Below are positions 50,402-64,000 of a stretch of DNA of 64,000 nt, one piece after another. A program made the position numbers and the translations under genes. The stretch is taken from contig NW_003314398.1 in assembly GCF_000143415.4 (NCBI RefSeq), forward strand, positions 278,005 through 342,004. Reading direction: 5' to 3'. The notes under the pieces were generated by a model. The model was not told the origin of the DNA. It saw only the letters and a list, made by a program, of their open reading frames with translations, and made no database searches. The number at the start of each line of letters is the position of its first letter. Position 1 is the first letter of the stretch. Origin of the DNA: Selaginella moellendorffii (taxonomy: Eukaryota; Plantae; Lycopodiophyta).

Positions 50402-52202
50402 TTATATTTTCTCCATGACGAGAGGAAGACTGTGGCGAGGTCTGAGCGTAAGTTTGAACACTGGGCAGTGGCGATACGATGGTGACAACCGAAACCGGAA
50501 GTGCTGGAGAATGGTGGCCAAGGCGATCTTGGCTTCCATGAGTACAAAGGACTGGCCGACGCACACCCGGGGGCCAAGCGAAAACGGCATGAATGCGTTC
50601 GGGTGCTTGGACGCCTTGGTGACACCATCCTTGAAACGCTCCGGATTGAACTCGTGGGCGTCCTCCCCCCAGAGCTCCTTGTCGTGGTGGATGGCGAGGA
50701 TTGGAAAGGAGACCGCCGCTCCCTTTGGGACGAGGATATCTCCCAGTATGGTGTCCTCGAAGCACGATCGCATCATCACCCCCACCGGTGGATACAGGCG
50801 GAGAGTTTCGTGGAGGATCATGTTGATCTAGCCATGAGAAAGAAAGCTTGAGCTCGTGAAACTCGAAAGTAACGTAAAACCTTTACCAGCTTGAGCTTGC
50901 TGATTGAATCGGCTTCTGGAGTGGCACCTTCGCAGACTTCCTGGGCCTCGGCGCGAGCGCGCTCCTGCCATTCCGGGTGCAAAGCAAGCAGCATTATGGA
51001 CCAGGTGAGCAGAATTGCCGTCGTCTCGTGGCCAGCAAAGTAGAAAGTCTTGCACTCCTCCATCACGGCCCGATCATCGAAAGAAGAGTTTCCACACTCG
51101 GCAAGCATCAACCCCAGCAAGTCATGACTCTGGCCACTCTGAGCTCGCCGCTCCTTGATCAGGCCAAGCAGCAGCGAGTCGAGGTCGCTGTAGAGCTTTC
51201 TCAATCGAAAGTTTGCTGGAAACGGAAGGAATCTACGGTCGATCAGAAAATCGTGTTATAGTACGTAAACGAAAGAGATTTGATCACCTTTTGCCTGGTA
51301 TATAGTTGTATCGATTGACCTTGGAAAGCTCCTCTTGGATTGCTCTCAAGGTTTCGAAGGCCTTCTGGCCTTTGAGATAGCTGCTTCCGAATGCCGTGTG
51401 GGAGATAATGTCTGCGGTTAGCTTTGAGAATTCACTGCTCATTTCAATCTCGGGCTGCTCGCGGAGCGCTTCTTCCCACCTGTCTAGCATCTCGAGCGCG
51501 CACAGTCCGATACGGGGCACCATTTTCTGGTTTGTATGACCAAGTAATGAAAGTTGATAAGAAGCAAAGAAAGAAAAAATGGAACCTTGAGCTTCTCTAG
51601 GTAAAAAGCTGGAGCCACAACACGTCGATGGTAGCTCCACTCGTCACCTGTCACGGCAACGAGCCCTCGGCCAACTATGGAGACCAGTTCGGAAACCATT
51701 ATGTCCGACTTCTCAAACTGAGTAACTTTCTTGGCAAGAACTTCTCTGATGAGCTCGGGCTCTGTGACCATGATCCTGGGCTCCGTCGCCCACCAGTAGC
51801 AATACCTCTTTCCTGCGAAGAAATCGTCCAGAGTACAGGAATTTACGAGGAGAAGTTACCATATTCCTTGGACCACTGGTGGTAATCCAGCAACACATGC
51901 TTCACAATGTCGTGATTCAAGCCTTCCATGTCCCGCTCCTTGCCAGTATCTCTCATCTTCATCACCTGGAGCATGTTGCCGGCCATGAAAGTCCTTGGTG
52001 GCCCCTCGATACCCTGGCTTCGAATCCTTGCGTCGAGCGATCTTGGCTCCAGCCAGAACCTGGTGACAATCGATCGCCATAGCTTCGCAACCAGTGCTAG
52101 CAACACGAGCAGCGCGCCCGTCCACACTGCCTTGCCAATGCCCTCCATGAAATGCCCCATTGGATCAGATAATAATAATAAAGACGTATTTTTCGTGGCC
52201 AC
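50402..52202 (-). CDS. Cytochrome P450, CYP72 clan, 5 exons
   Basis: Exons 52202 (or a downstream ATG near 52150)-51860, 51812-51586, 51526-51288, 51232-50887 and 50827-50402 splice in frame. Motifs EECKTFYFAGHETT, ETLRLYPP, PERF and the heme loop FSLGPRVCVG. Confidence 0.95.
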
Positions 52203-52922
52203 CTGGATGATATCCAGTTCTGGAATTTTCCTAGAAACCTGGAAACTGTTTTCTAGAGAACTCCTTTGCTTAAGACAATCAATGGCGCCAAAATGGGACT
52301 TGGATCGTCAGGAAAATGAATAATTTGAATGTTTGAACATATATAATTATTTAAAAATAAATTTAGTTTCTGAGTTCTGTCGTTATCGCATCAGGGATTT
52401 AATGTAATGCTTGTCAAGATCTTTCAGCAAGCACTGAACACCTTTTACAATTGAAAAATCTTCTAAACTCTCAGTGGCAGTCAGTGACAGTCCGTGTGAT
52501 TCTGAGCAAAGACTGTTGTGGTCTTCAATGCCATGCGCCAGCCCGTCAACTTTTTGTCCCTTTGTATATCCACGGGCTCCCCGAAAGCAAATTTCATAGA
52601 CATGTTTCTTTCAATGGAAGAAGTCTTGCGGACGAGACAAAAGCGATCGGACCCAACACTTCTTTATGGTGGTATCTTTGCAGGCCCGTCATTGATCCAA
52701 AGATTAGGTGGATCATGGTTATAAATGCATCTAAAACTTGTTCCTCTTCGTGTTTGATCTCTCCGCGCTACACGAAAAGAATCGCCATCTCCATACATGG
52801 TCGGTTGAGTGATTGGATACCTTTTCGCAAAACCTGGCTTTGATTCCGGATCGTTTTTGTGATGCATGGGCCGTGTCTTGTTTTGGCAGGAGGAGCACGC
52901 TGTCGAGTTACACAAATCCAGT

Positions 52923-54888
52923 ATGAATCTCGAGGCAGGAGCCGAGGGAGACCAGCGAGCCGAGGATCCCGAGTGGAGCACGACTTGGCGAGGCCGCCGA
53001 ATCGTGAAAGGAGGCTGGAAGACGAGCCCTTTCATCTTTGGTATAACTCTCTCCCTCGAGCATTCTGCAAGGATCTAGAAGATCGTCATCTCGCTTTGCT
53101 GCTTGACTTGCAGGGAACGAGGCGACTGAGAAGCTGGGAGCCATTGGACTGCAAGTGAATCTGGTGACATACCTCGTCCAGCAGCTCCATTTCAAGCCGG
53201 CCGATGCGTCCAACACCCTCACCACTTTCGGCGGGACCGCAGCCTTCACACCCTTTGTCGGTGCCATCATCGCTGATGCGTATGTTGGTCGCTACTGGGT
53301 GGTGCTCTTGGGCTCTATCCTCTTCACACTGGTAAGAAACCATCCATCCCTCCATCTAGCCAAAAGTTTGGATAGATAGAGCCTTCTCCGGTAGATTCTA
53401 CGAGGGGAATGATCGATAAGATATAATCATCGTAAGATCGAGGATAAGTCAAAGAAGAAGAGAAGAAAACCAGAGAAAGAACAAGAGAATCAGATACTAG
53501 AAGCCTAGAAAGGATCAATCTCAACTGTGGAGCACTGATTTGATTGGTGGCTTGGCAGGGATCCTTCGTTCTTACGATCCAAGCCCTGGTTCCCAGCCTG
53601 AGACCCGACCAATGCGCGGCGAAATCATCGCTGTGCGAGCGCTCGACAGTGGGTCAGCTGGGATTCCTGTACCTCTCCTTCGTTTTGCAGGCCGCGGGCT
53701 CGGGCGGGATCCGGCCATGCGTCGCTGCATTTGGGGCGGACCAATTCAACGAGGAGGATCCCAAGCAGCGCACCCAGATCCTCCACTTCTTCAACTGGTA
53801 CTACTTCACACTCCAGCTCGCCACGCTCATCACCTCCACCGTGTTCGTGTGGATCCAAGACAACGTCGGCTGGGCCGTCGGATTCGGCCTCCCCGCCGTG
53901 CTCATGGCGCTGTCCGTCATCAGCTTCNNNNNNNNNNNNNNNNNNNNNNNNNNNNNNNNNNNNNNNNNNNNNNNNNNNNNNNNNNNNNNNNNNNNNNNNN
54001 NNNNNNNNNNNNNNNNNNNNNNNNNNNGGACAAGCTGCGATCGTAACAGACGATGACCAGCGGCGCAGCGGCGGCGATGTGGACCCCTGGAAGGTGAGCA
54101 GCGTCCACAGCGTGGAGGAGCTCAAGCTGCTGCTCCGGCTGCTACCCATCCTATGCACGGGCGTGCTCGTCTTCACGGCGTGGGCGCAGCAGGGCACCTT
54201 CTGGGTCCAGCAGGGCCGGACAATGGACCGCCGCCTCGTCGCCTCCAGCTCCTTCGAGATCCCGCCCGGATCGATGACGGCATTCACCACTCTCGCGCTG
54301 CTCGTCCTCATCCCGGTCTACGACAAGCTGGGGATCCCAGTACTGCGCCGGATCACGGGCCACCCCCGCGGCCTCACCTCCCTCCAGAGGATGGCCATCG
54401 GCCTCGTCGTCTCCATCCTCGTCATGGTGGCCGCCGCCGCCACCGAGGTGAAGCGGCGCAGCGCCGCCGCCGCCGCGGGGCTGCTCGACTCCCCCGACCG
54501 GACCATCCCCATCTCGATCTTCTGGCTGCTCCCGCAGTACGTGCTCATTGGGGTGACGGAGCTCTTCCTCTCCATCGGCCAGATCGAGTTCTTCTACGAT
54601 CAGTCGCCCGAGAGCATGCGAAGCATGGCCACGGCGGTGTTTTGGATGGTGATTGGCGGTGGTAACTATTGTAGCACCGCGATGGTGAGCGCCGTGCACG
54701 CCAGGACCAACTGGGTGCCCGATAACATCAACCGCGGACGGCTGGATTTGTTCTACTGGATGCTGGCGGGGATCCTGACCGTCAATCTCGGCGTCTACTT
54801 GGTGGTGGCAAGGTGGTATAGGTACAAGCGCTGGAACGACGTGCCCGAGGAAAATGGGAAGGTTTTGAAAAAGGTGGAGCAAACTTGA
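52923..54888 (+). CDS. NRT1/PTR family (NPF) transporter, NPF3/NPF2-like
   Basis: Exons 52923-53040, 53114-53331 and 53559 onward across the N gap to 54888. Motifs GGWKTSPFIFGNEATEKL (ExxEK), GSGGIRPCVAAFGADQF, FFNWYYF, EFFYDQSPESMRS. Confidence 0.93.
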
Positions 54889-54951
54889 AATGTATAGTCA
54901 TCTATTAAAGATCAATGTAATCACACGACTGTATGATATATTTCTCTCTAT

Positions 54952-57014
54952 CTAAATCATCGCAATGGGAACTTGATCGTCGTCATCGGCGTAGTCCGGC
55001 TTTGTGTACGTGTAGAACGTAGAGACAAGAAGGTGAGCCACGAAATCGACGGCCAGGCAGCCCGCCAGCACCCAGTAGAAGTACTCGAGGTTCCCGGTCA
55101 ACGAGAGCCAGCCCTGGTCGTTGGTCGGAGTCCTCGTTGACCGCTTGATGAGCGCCACGATGGCGGTGCTGACGTAGTTGCCAGTGCCGATGATCGCCCA
55201 CACCACCGCCGCCGCCATGCTCCTCATGCTGGGCGGCGATTGATCGTAGAAGAACTCGAGGTAGCCGATGGTGACGAAGGCCTCGGAGAGGCCCAGCAGG
55301 CAGAACTGGGGGATCAGCCAGAAGCACGAGAGGGGGTGGGCGAATCCGAGGCGCCGCCGCTTCACCTCCACCGCGCCCGCCACCAGCATCGCCGAGGCGG
55401 CGAAGGTGATCCCCACGCCGATCCTCTGGAGGAAGGTGATGCCGCGCGGGTTCCTCGTGACCTTGGCGGCCAGCGGGACAACGAGCTTGTCGTAGAAGGG
55501 GAGGAAGATCATCATGGTGAGGAGGGAGAAGACCGGGAGCGTCGCGGGCTGCATCTTGAAAGCGTGCGGGGAGGATCCCATGCGGAGATCCATGACGTAG
55601 CCCTGCCCGATCCAAAACGTGCTCTGCTGCGACCATGCCACGAAGATCGGGATGCCCGTCGCCCACACGGGCGTCATTCGCAGCAGCGATTTGAGCTCCT
55701 CTACATGGCTCACCGGGCATAGCCTCCACGGATCGATCTTTTCGGAGCCGTGGTGCTCTCCGTCGACGATTGTGGCTGCTCGGTCCAGAAACCTGCGATC
55801 AGAGTTTCGATCAATCACTCGGGACTATGATTCTTCGTGTCAACTTCACGTACCGGTATTGCATTGTGTGACGAAGAGTGATACCGCCAGCGCCAGTTTT
55901 GGGCACCTCATTGTTGAAGAGCTCCCTGGGATCGTTGGGAATATCAACGCGCCACTTGCGACAGACAGCGACGACGACCTGCGCGAGGTGGGTGAAGGGG
56001 CTGCCGGCGGGAGAGATCTTCCTGTAGAGCGGGGAGCCGGCCCAGAAGAGCGCCACCGCCACCACCATCCCCACCGCGGGGATGCCAAACCCCCACACCC
56101 AGCCAAACGTGTTTTGGATGTAGACGAGCAGGGTGGTGCTGGTGACCATGGCCGCCACCACGAAGAAGTAGTACCAGTTGAAGTAGCTAAAGAGCTGCTT
56201 GCGCTCCACGGGGTTATGCTGGTCGAACTGGTCCGCCCCGAAAGATGGCGCATTTGGCCTCACGCCCCCGGCGGCGATGGCGATGAGCACGAAGGCGGCG
56301 TAGAGGTAGCCGAGGCAGTCGTGCTTCTTGCAATGCGGAGGCTTGGTGGACGGGAGCTTGGCCTCGATCACCATCACGAACAGGGCCTTGTATATAAGAT
56401 CATGAAAACCACGCATCAAAACGGTGTGAAGTAAGAAACACCAAGAACAATCAAAGTTTGACCATCCTTTTTCTTTTTTGTTTAAAAAGAGGAGGGAGTT
56501 TACCGCGACATAGATGGTGGAGGCGATCAAGATTGTTGCGTATCGCCCGATCATGGCGTCCGCCACGAAGGCACCCAGCAGTGGCGTGTAGGAGCACATC
56601 CCCATGAAGTTTGTGATGGTGTTTGCGGCGTCCACCAAGTCGAGCTTGAGCCGGTGCTGGAGGTAAGCCATCATGTTGAGCATGATCCCCAGCGACGCCA
56701 GGAAATCCATGGCTCCACAACCTGTGCGGATCGAGAAATTCACAAAAGGGGGGCTCGAGAAAACAAAGATAGTTACTGAAGATGTATGGCGCTGTTCTCC
56801 ACCCGCCTTTGTTTCCATGGCGACGATCAGCTGGCACCATGTCGCTCGCGATCGGCTTTTGATCCACCATGACTTCTTCCGCGGGGAAATCGCCGGTGGC
56901 CTTCGCATTCCCGTGCTCAGGACTGGTCCCTTGCCATTGCTCGTCCCTCTTTGTTCCTGGCAGAGCTTTTAAGTCTGCTGTTGGCGTTTGAGCGGCACCA
57001 TTCTCCATCGCCAT
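54952..57014 (-). CDS. NRT1/PTR family (NPF) transporter lacking the ExxER/K motif, 4 exons
   Basis: Exons 57014-56777, 56721-56504, 56386-55854 and 55792-54952 splice in frame. Motifs GGVRPNAPSFGADQF, YFNWYYF, VEELK, LQRIGVG, EFFYDQSPPSMRS. Confidence 0.93.
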
Positions 57015-59194
57015 GGTGGTCGATCGAAGAGAGGGAAGCGGGAGGAAATGCGCGACAGCAAAGAGCGAAAATGGCCTAGTTTTGTGGTCGAATAAGATGT
57101 CACGCGTGGCGCCAAACATCCATAAAGGGCCCAGAACCTGGAGAATGACACCATTTCTGGCGTCATGCATATCAACTTCTACGGTTTGTCCATGCCTGCT
57201 GTGCAGCCAACCACGATTCTAACGCCCGCTATCTTGTGGGTGTTTTGGTATTGATCAGCAAGCGGCATGGTGTTTATAGGGGTTTAATCAAAGCTTGTAC
57301 CGAGATTTCCGTTTTGATAAAGATTGAAAGCCTGAGTTGAGTGGGAACTTCCTGGACAATTTTTGTACATCACAGAGAACGTGACTTAATGCCTGGGTCG
57401 TGTGAGCCTTATGGAGCGCTGCATTGGCGTGTCTCTAGCTCCGCCTTTGCTTTGCTTCCACACTAAGAGTGTTCTGGATTTCACGAGATTTTGAAGGTGA
57501 TCTAGAAGATTTAGTTACAAGATCAAGGAATCAGGTGTAAATCTAAAACTACTTATATAAGCCAATTATAGACCAAGAAACTAGAGAATATATTTAAAAT
57601 ATTTAGGCATATTCTAGGATATTCTTTAATCTAATGGTTAATATATTTAATATTAATATTTTCTGTTTACTTAAGCAATTGGTCTAAAATATACTTGGAT
57701 ATTCTAGGATATTCTACCATCTAATGGTTATTATTCATTTATATTAGTCTTGTATATATAAATTATAAACTTTCCCAAACACTTAGTGTATTTTAGTTGA
57801 TTTTACTATCTAATGTAAGCTTGTTTATAAATTATAAACATTTTTATTATAAATTTCCAATTGATCAATTGGATTAATAAATAATTATCACTACTATTAA
57901 GTAAACCAAGCATTGGAGTATGCAAAACACAACAAATTATTAGTAAAACCTGAAAGGTGTATACCTTGAATATCTAGGTGGAATATTCCTCAATCTAATG
58001 GTATTAAAATTTCTCTAATTCATTTGTCATCAAATTTAATATTAATATTCTTGCATATATTTATATAAACTATATTTAATTCTAACAGTTAAAAGAGTGC
58101 TAGCATTGATGTGGAATAGAATCAAGAGGAAGGGGAGCAAAACCAATGTCACCATAGCCAAGTTCCTCCTTTAGTTGATCACTCTACTAATATTATATAA
58201 GGTAATGAGTCCTCGGGATTTTACACAATCAATAATTATAACAATGTTATAATAATGATTATTAGTCAATGTAATACTTTTGGAAGGCCATCAAAGAAGT
58301 ACGTATGCTTTATATAAAAAAAATTCTAATTTTTTATATTATTTTCTTGAATGTTTTCCCTTGCTTCTCTAATTTGGAAAGCTAGCTAAACAGCAAGGTT
58401 GGAAAGTGTGTGGTGATTGTATCTTATGTCAGCTTTACACTTTCTGGCTTTGAAAGTGTGTTTGAAGCTATTTTGCAAGTGAGTATCTGGAAGAATGGGA
58501 AGAGTTAGAGCCTATTACTTTATTAATCCAGAGTTTTGGGCTTTTGTTTTGGCATGGTGTGTTGTTATGAACAATTTAAGAGTTGTAACATTAAAAGTTC
58601 TTGTTACTTACTTGTTGAGCAAAGGTTAAAGGGTTGACTTCTTTATTTTATAGATAAAATGTATCAATTGTAATTGCAATTAAACACACAAGAGAGTTAT
58701 TCACGTTGAAGATTAAGTTGAATTGCCTCCACTACTTTTGTTTAATCTTGGACTTAATAAACTCTTGTGTTATTGAATCAAATAGTATTAGAAGTCAATG
58801 AATTTTGAATGTTAACTACCACACAACCATTAATACCACTTTTATCTCCTTCTAAAACTCACAAGGTTTGATAAGTCTGACAAGAATTATTGGTGGTAGC
58901 ATTTGATTGCTCCTTTAAGAAGCTTTCCAACATGATTGTAAACAAAGATTAATTGTTTTAACAATCTTTATGAAAGAAGTACTAATGAATGTTCTAAAAG
59001 TTTTCAAGGAATATAGCTTGTTGTCCATATTCTATTATGTTTTAAAATTCTTACATTATTAAAAATATTTTTTTATTGACACAATTAAATTTTGAAGTTG
59101 ATCTGTCCAAAGGTTCCTTATTAACTTTACTTTCTTGTGGCTTATAATTATATATATAAGAAGTATCTATGACATCACTTTCTTTGTGTGAAAG

Positions 59195-59370
59195 TTTAAG
59201 ATATAAGACCATAACTTGCATTTGTGTTAACCTATTCTAGAGAGAATTGAAAGTTTTTAACTTTTCTTATACTTTTCAAAGATCCTCTAGAAGGAAATTA
59301 TCTATTATAATTTTATTACCTTATATTAATATTTTTTAAATATGAAAAAGAATATTAAGGTACTAAAGAA
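59195..59370 (+). pseudogene. Ty1/copia RT relic
   Basis: IRP*LAFV...SR and KRILRY relics of the TRPDIAFAV and KRILRYL motifs. Confidence 0.45.
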
Positions 59371-59624
59371 GATATTGCAAAAATGAGCTATATATGTGGA
59401 CTTATTCTTCTTCTAGGATTAGCTCATGGTCCTTTATATAGACTGAAATCATTAAGAGGATTTCTGTAAATAGTTAATATCAAAAAGAAATAAGACAAGT
59501 TAGTGTGATTTTAATACTTATTTGATTGAGATTCACATCTTTTTTCTAAGCATCTAATAGGAAAATGGGAAATAAATATTTTATTATCTTCCAGTATTCA
59601 TGGCTTTATGGATGCTATATTGTA

Positions 59625-59920
59625 TAAATAGTCAAAAAGAACAATTTGAGAGACAATTCATTAAGGATTAAATATAAAGGGAAAAGGCCCATGAATAAAA
59701 GTGTACCTTCTTTTCCAGGGTTACATGGTTAAAAATATCCAATCTTGTATACAACAATTTAAAATGCTATATAAGATTAAAATTATGAAGATTAATTAGT
59801 TATTGAGAAAAATCTATAATAATAAAAAGGTGTTGCTAAAATTTTGGCATTAAATGTCCTTAGGTTTGAGTAATATTGAATTAGATGACCTATTGGGAAA
59901 CTCAAATTTAAAAGTTCACA
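59625..59920 (+). mobile_element. Highly decayed Cassandra-like LTR
   Basis: AAATATAAAGGGAAAAGGCCCATGAATAAAAGTGTACC and a decayed 5S-like tail match 14320-14469. Confidence 0.6.
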
Positions 59921-60259
59921 CATTCCCAAAACTTATACATTGCTTGTCATATTCATGCTTTAGTTAAAGTTCCTCTTTTATTTATTTTATAAATCACTCT
60001 CAACTTGATCAAACCCCACAAATCCTTTACATTTTATTCTTGAGCTAAATTATGACAATGGCATTCCATGAGAGGACATTATACACATAGTGACCCTTAC
60101 TCAATCTAATTTATATTTCTAATCCAAACCATATTCCTCTCCAAGTAACCATTTCGAAATTTAGATTGATGATTAAATATTACCTATCAAGCCAATCAAG
60201 CCTAAAGCCAAGTGGCAACTTTGGCCAGATTTCTGATTTTTATAAAACTATTTATAGTA

Positions 60260-63200
60260 ATGTCTAGTGTATGTGATTAATATATTGTCATCATTGATTT
60301 TTGAATTCTAGATGATAAATAAGGATAAAATAGCCACTAAAAGCTATCTTATCAAGTAATTAATATAGATATAAAATGTGTTATATATAGTATTAGAGCA
60401 AATAAAAATGGAATAAGTTCAATTTGTGGCTACTTAAAATATAATATACCCTTGCTAAAAAATAATATAGAATAAATACATTGTTGTGGTTCTAAAATGG
60501 GTGTAAGCTCATTGGAAGATGTTGCCTTGCAAAGAAACTCACCACCTACACACATTCCCAACTTTTGCCAACCCAAGACTCTGCATCCTAAAGCTTCCCA
60601 TACTCCCCCCCCCCCCCNNNNNNNNNNNNNNNNNNNNNNNNNNNNNNNNNNNNNNNNNNNNNNNNNNNNNNNNNNNNNNNNNNNNNNNNNNNNNNNNNNN
60701 NNNNNNNNNNNNNNNNNAATACATGGTCACCTATCTGGAATGGATGCTTGGCAATTCTCTTGTTGAAGTTTCTAGCAGAATGTTGCTGCTCTTGTCAAAT
60801 GTTAGCTTTTGCATGCTCACCTCAGGTCCTACAGTTCTTGGCTAAATGCTCAATGTATTTCACGAAGTCTAGGCTCTCCTCTAGAGCTGGCATGTCAGGC
60901 ATTAGATGTTATGGCTTCCTTGACCTCTATAAAGCAACTCAAAAGCCCATGGACTCATGTTTAGAGATCCTGTATGCACTTTAGCCTTGGAAACAAAGTG
61001 TCCCAATCCCAGTTGCTGAAACCATGTGGCCAAGACTTTCCATGAAGAGGTGGCATTTCCTGGGCTTGACTTTTAGGCCTGTTGCTGAAAAGACTCTCCT
61101 CATATCCAAGAGATCTGATCTAGCATCCTTATACATTGACATCATCAATGTATACCAAGGCACATTCCCATCTCAGGCTCCCAAGTACTTTATCCATGAG
61201 ACACTGGAATGTGGTGCTTGCATTACATAAACCAAATGGCATCATGTTGAACTGGAATAGTCCATCCCTGCAGATGAATGCCATCTTCTCTTGGTCTTCT
61301 TCACATACTAGAACTTGTCAAAAACCCGATGCTAGATCTAACGAGCTGAAAAATCTTGCACCTACGAGCTGGTCAAGTGTATCATCCACCCATACACGTT
61401 TCTCTTTGTCACTGCATTCAAGTTTTGGTAATCAACGCACAATCTCATGCTCCCATCTTTCTTTGCCACCATCACAACTGATGATGCCCATGGAGAGGTT
61501 GACGGCTCCACAACTGCATCAAGAATCTTCTGCAGCTCCTCAGATAGTCATAGCACCCTTCTCTGTTTTGGAGATTCGCCGTAAGGATGTTGCTTGATAG
61601 GATGCTCAGCTATTGTGTGGATTCTGTGTTGTATTATGTCCGTTTTGCCAATGTTGTTGGCCTTCGTGCTGGAAATGTGCCAGTATCGAAGAAGCAATTC
61701 ATTGAGCTCATTCTCTATCCTGGCTCCTGCTAAGCACGGGCCAAGCTGTAGCTGTGACTTCACCTAGGTCAGAAATTCCTTGTCGCATTGAGAGTGCTCA
61801 ACCTTCAGTGCCTCATCATCAAACTTGATAGTAGATACACATACTTCCCAAGTCTATGCCCCAGGCTGATGCTGGAGAGCTTGCACAGGTGAGGAATGTT
61901 GGTGATTGATGCTATCCTCTCACAGTGCAGCAACACCAAATGTTCACCTCTGTGGTTTTAGACAGCATAGGGCGAGACGTTGCTTATTAGCACCTTGTGC
62001 ACTTGGCGTGCTCCAGCATCCCGGCAGCAAACAGGCCCTGCCTCCTGGCTTGGTTGTTTGCCATGACCTCCATGTATGACCTGACTCTGTTGTTTGTTGT
62101 GACCTCCATGTACAATAAGCTCGAGCAGATCACTGCCACTCTCATCCTCGTATCTAGAACTAAGGCCAGGAGGATAATATTATCTCCCTTTATATCATAA
62201 GCCTTGTATGGTTGGTGTGCCACACCTTTTTTTTCTAGGGTCTTCCAAATATAGAGGACTTCATCTTCTGTCTCATTGCAAAAGCTTGGCAATCATGAAC
62301 TTATTGCCCCTCACATAAGTAACCTCTTTTTGCGTATCTTGATAGCTGCATCCACCTTTGATAGATGCTGGAGGATTAAGCAGCCCTCCCAGTCAAACAC
62401 TGTCTACACCACCTTACATAAGTAGCCTATCTTTCCACCTTTGGTAGATGAGGATTCCATAGGGCTTGTTTAAGTTTAAAGATGTGAATGTGTATGTGTA
62501 AGGTCCTGAATTTGGATTTACTCAAACCTAAAGACATTATATTCCAAATTGATTGGAAAAATGGATGTTTATAGTATAGTCTCCTTCATAATCTTGTCAT
62601 TCTTCTTCAAAATATATGCAATCACGAGCAGCCATCCTCATTGCACATGAAATAAAGTCATTCTGCAAGATTTGTTCTACTAATGTCCTCTTAGTGTGCC
62701 TTGGCATGAAGCCATGGCCATCTCCATCACACTTTGAGCACCAAGTACTAGTTCTCTACTGTTGTCACTAACAACTAAAAGAACCATGCTAGTGTCTACC
62801 TCTGCTCCTATTGTACTCACCTCGACATGCTATAAGCTTTCAGTGCTCTAGATCCTTTGACTCTTCCCTATTAGACTCACAACATATTTCTATTGCTACC
62901 AAGTGTTTTCTCCTCCCACTCTCAGGTAGCCTTGTTTGCCATGCTTAGCAAATCCTTAAGCCTTGCTTGCTTGGTAGGAAATATTGTGTGCTTCTAGTGC
63001 TATGCATAACACATTCACTTTCTCACAACTAGCCACTCTATTATTGTGTGTTGTATAGTAAAAAATATCGAGGTAAAGGTCAAACTCTGCACCCATCTTA
63101 TACACAAGGTATTGATGTGCAATGCCAAAGAAATCTTTAGTAAAAAAAGCTCCTTTTTTACTTGAGTGTCATGCATAGGAGCTAGCAACTTTCCTAGTTT

Positions 63201-63975
63201 TCATGCTATTTTGGGGTTCTTGAGGAGTGCTATAATAGGCACTATAAGCTTCTCATCCATCCACATGGTCTAGGGCCAAGCCGTCATTATCAGCTCCCCA
63301 CTATGGCTCCTTTGACACGATTGAATGTGTCCTCCCTTTCCCTCAAGGGGAGAGGAATGTGAATCTCCTTGTCTAGAAGTCCTTCCTCTTGAGAGTGGAG
63401 ATGCCATTTTTCCTAAAAATAGGAGGAGGGAGATTTCCAGAAGTGAGGTGGCATTCCAAAGTATGGAGACACTATAGCAAACAATTGACTAAACAAATAG
63501 CTACTAGAGACAAACAATTACAATAACAAACTTACACTCTCATATTGGGAGAAGATGCATAAAGAGGGGTGTGGATGAGTGTCCAAGTAATCATGCTATA
63601 AGGAGCATCATGAGGGGTTAGTAGAGGAAACCACAAGAACTCTTAGATGTGCTAGCTGATCCCCTTGCTAACAACACCATCCCCTCCATGTTAGATTCTT
63701 AAGCATGTTAGTATGGTTCACATCCTCTACCACATGGCTAGCCTTGAGTCCTCCTATGGATCAATATGGGCTGTTATAATGTACTTTGTACTTTGTCTTG
63801 TAGGGCATTCATTAGAATTCATTGTAGAATTGCAATACAAGTGGATAATTAATTATCTAACATAAAATACTTTGTCTATACAATAGAAGGATTAATAAAT
63901 TCTATGCAAAAATGGAGGTGCTGGTTCCCTTTGGCTCAATAAAGGTTGTTAGTTAATAAACTAAAAAAGGGGCAT
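60260..63975 (+). mobile_element. Decayed TRIM T2 pieces (about 60260-60455 and 63900-63975) bracketing a gypsy remnant
   Basis: GGATAAAATAGCCACTAA, GTGGCTACTTAAAATATAATATACCCTTG and AAATGGAGGTGCTGGTTCCCTTTGGCTCA match the T2 LTR and internal sequence. Confidence 0.55.
60720..61765 (-). pseudogene. Ty3/gypsy reverse transcriptase remnant
   Basis: IGKTDIIQHRIHT..HPIKQHPY, QFNMMPFGLCNA..TFQ, YIDD (61141-61152), LKVKPRKCH..LGHMVS; broken by stops and frameshifts. Confidence 0.88.
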
Positions 63976-64000
63976 ATAATTTGAATGAACAAAATTCTAT

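Noticed and set aside
53625-56434. Long antisense and alternative-frame ORFs over the NPF genes (and similar ones over the P450)
   Set aside because: Shadow ORFs caused by GC-rich codon usage.

Overview
Eukaryotic (land-plant) DNA. GT-AG introns of about 50-60 bp, GC-rich exons and TTTAGGG repeats suggest a lycophyte such as Selaginella; this is an inference. Roughly the first 49 kb is a nested transposon cluster. It holds decayed LTR retrotransposons (family A, probably copia-derived and non-autonomous; family B, Ty3/gypsy-derived), two TRIM families (a Cassandra-like one with a 5S-rRNA-derived LTR domain and a 674-bp one with a tRNA B-box) and a HECT-ligase pseudogene. The main candidate system is a 13,018-bp cut-and-paste DNA transposon at 22387-35404. 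It has perfect 24-bp TIRs, a 4-bp CAAT target duplication and an empty-site copy elsewhere in the window. It carries a Sola-like DDE transposase pseudogene and a divergent multi-exon cargo gene read as ParB/Srx-like + degenerate beta-class DNA methyltransferase-like + acidic linker + FCP1-like HAD phosphatase. About 20 copies of a 22-bp palindrome are spread through the element and were not seen outside it. After an N-gap lies a host gene island (a CYP72-clan P450 and two NPF/PTR transporters), followed by AT-rich decayed retroelements. All domain assignments were made by eye from motifs and need profile searches to confirm.
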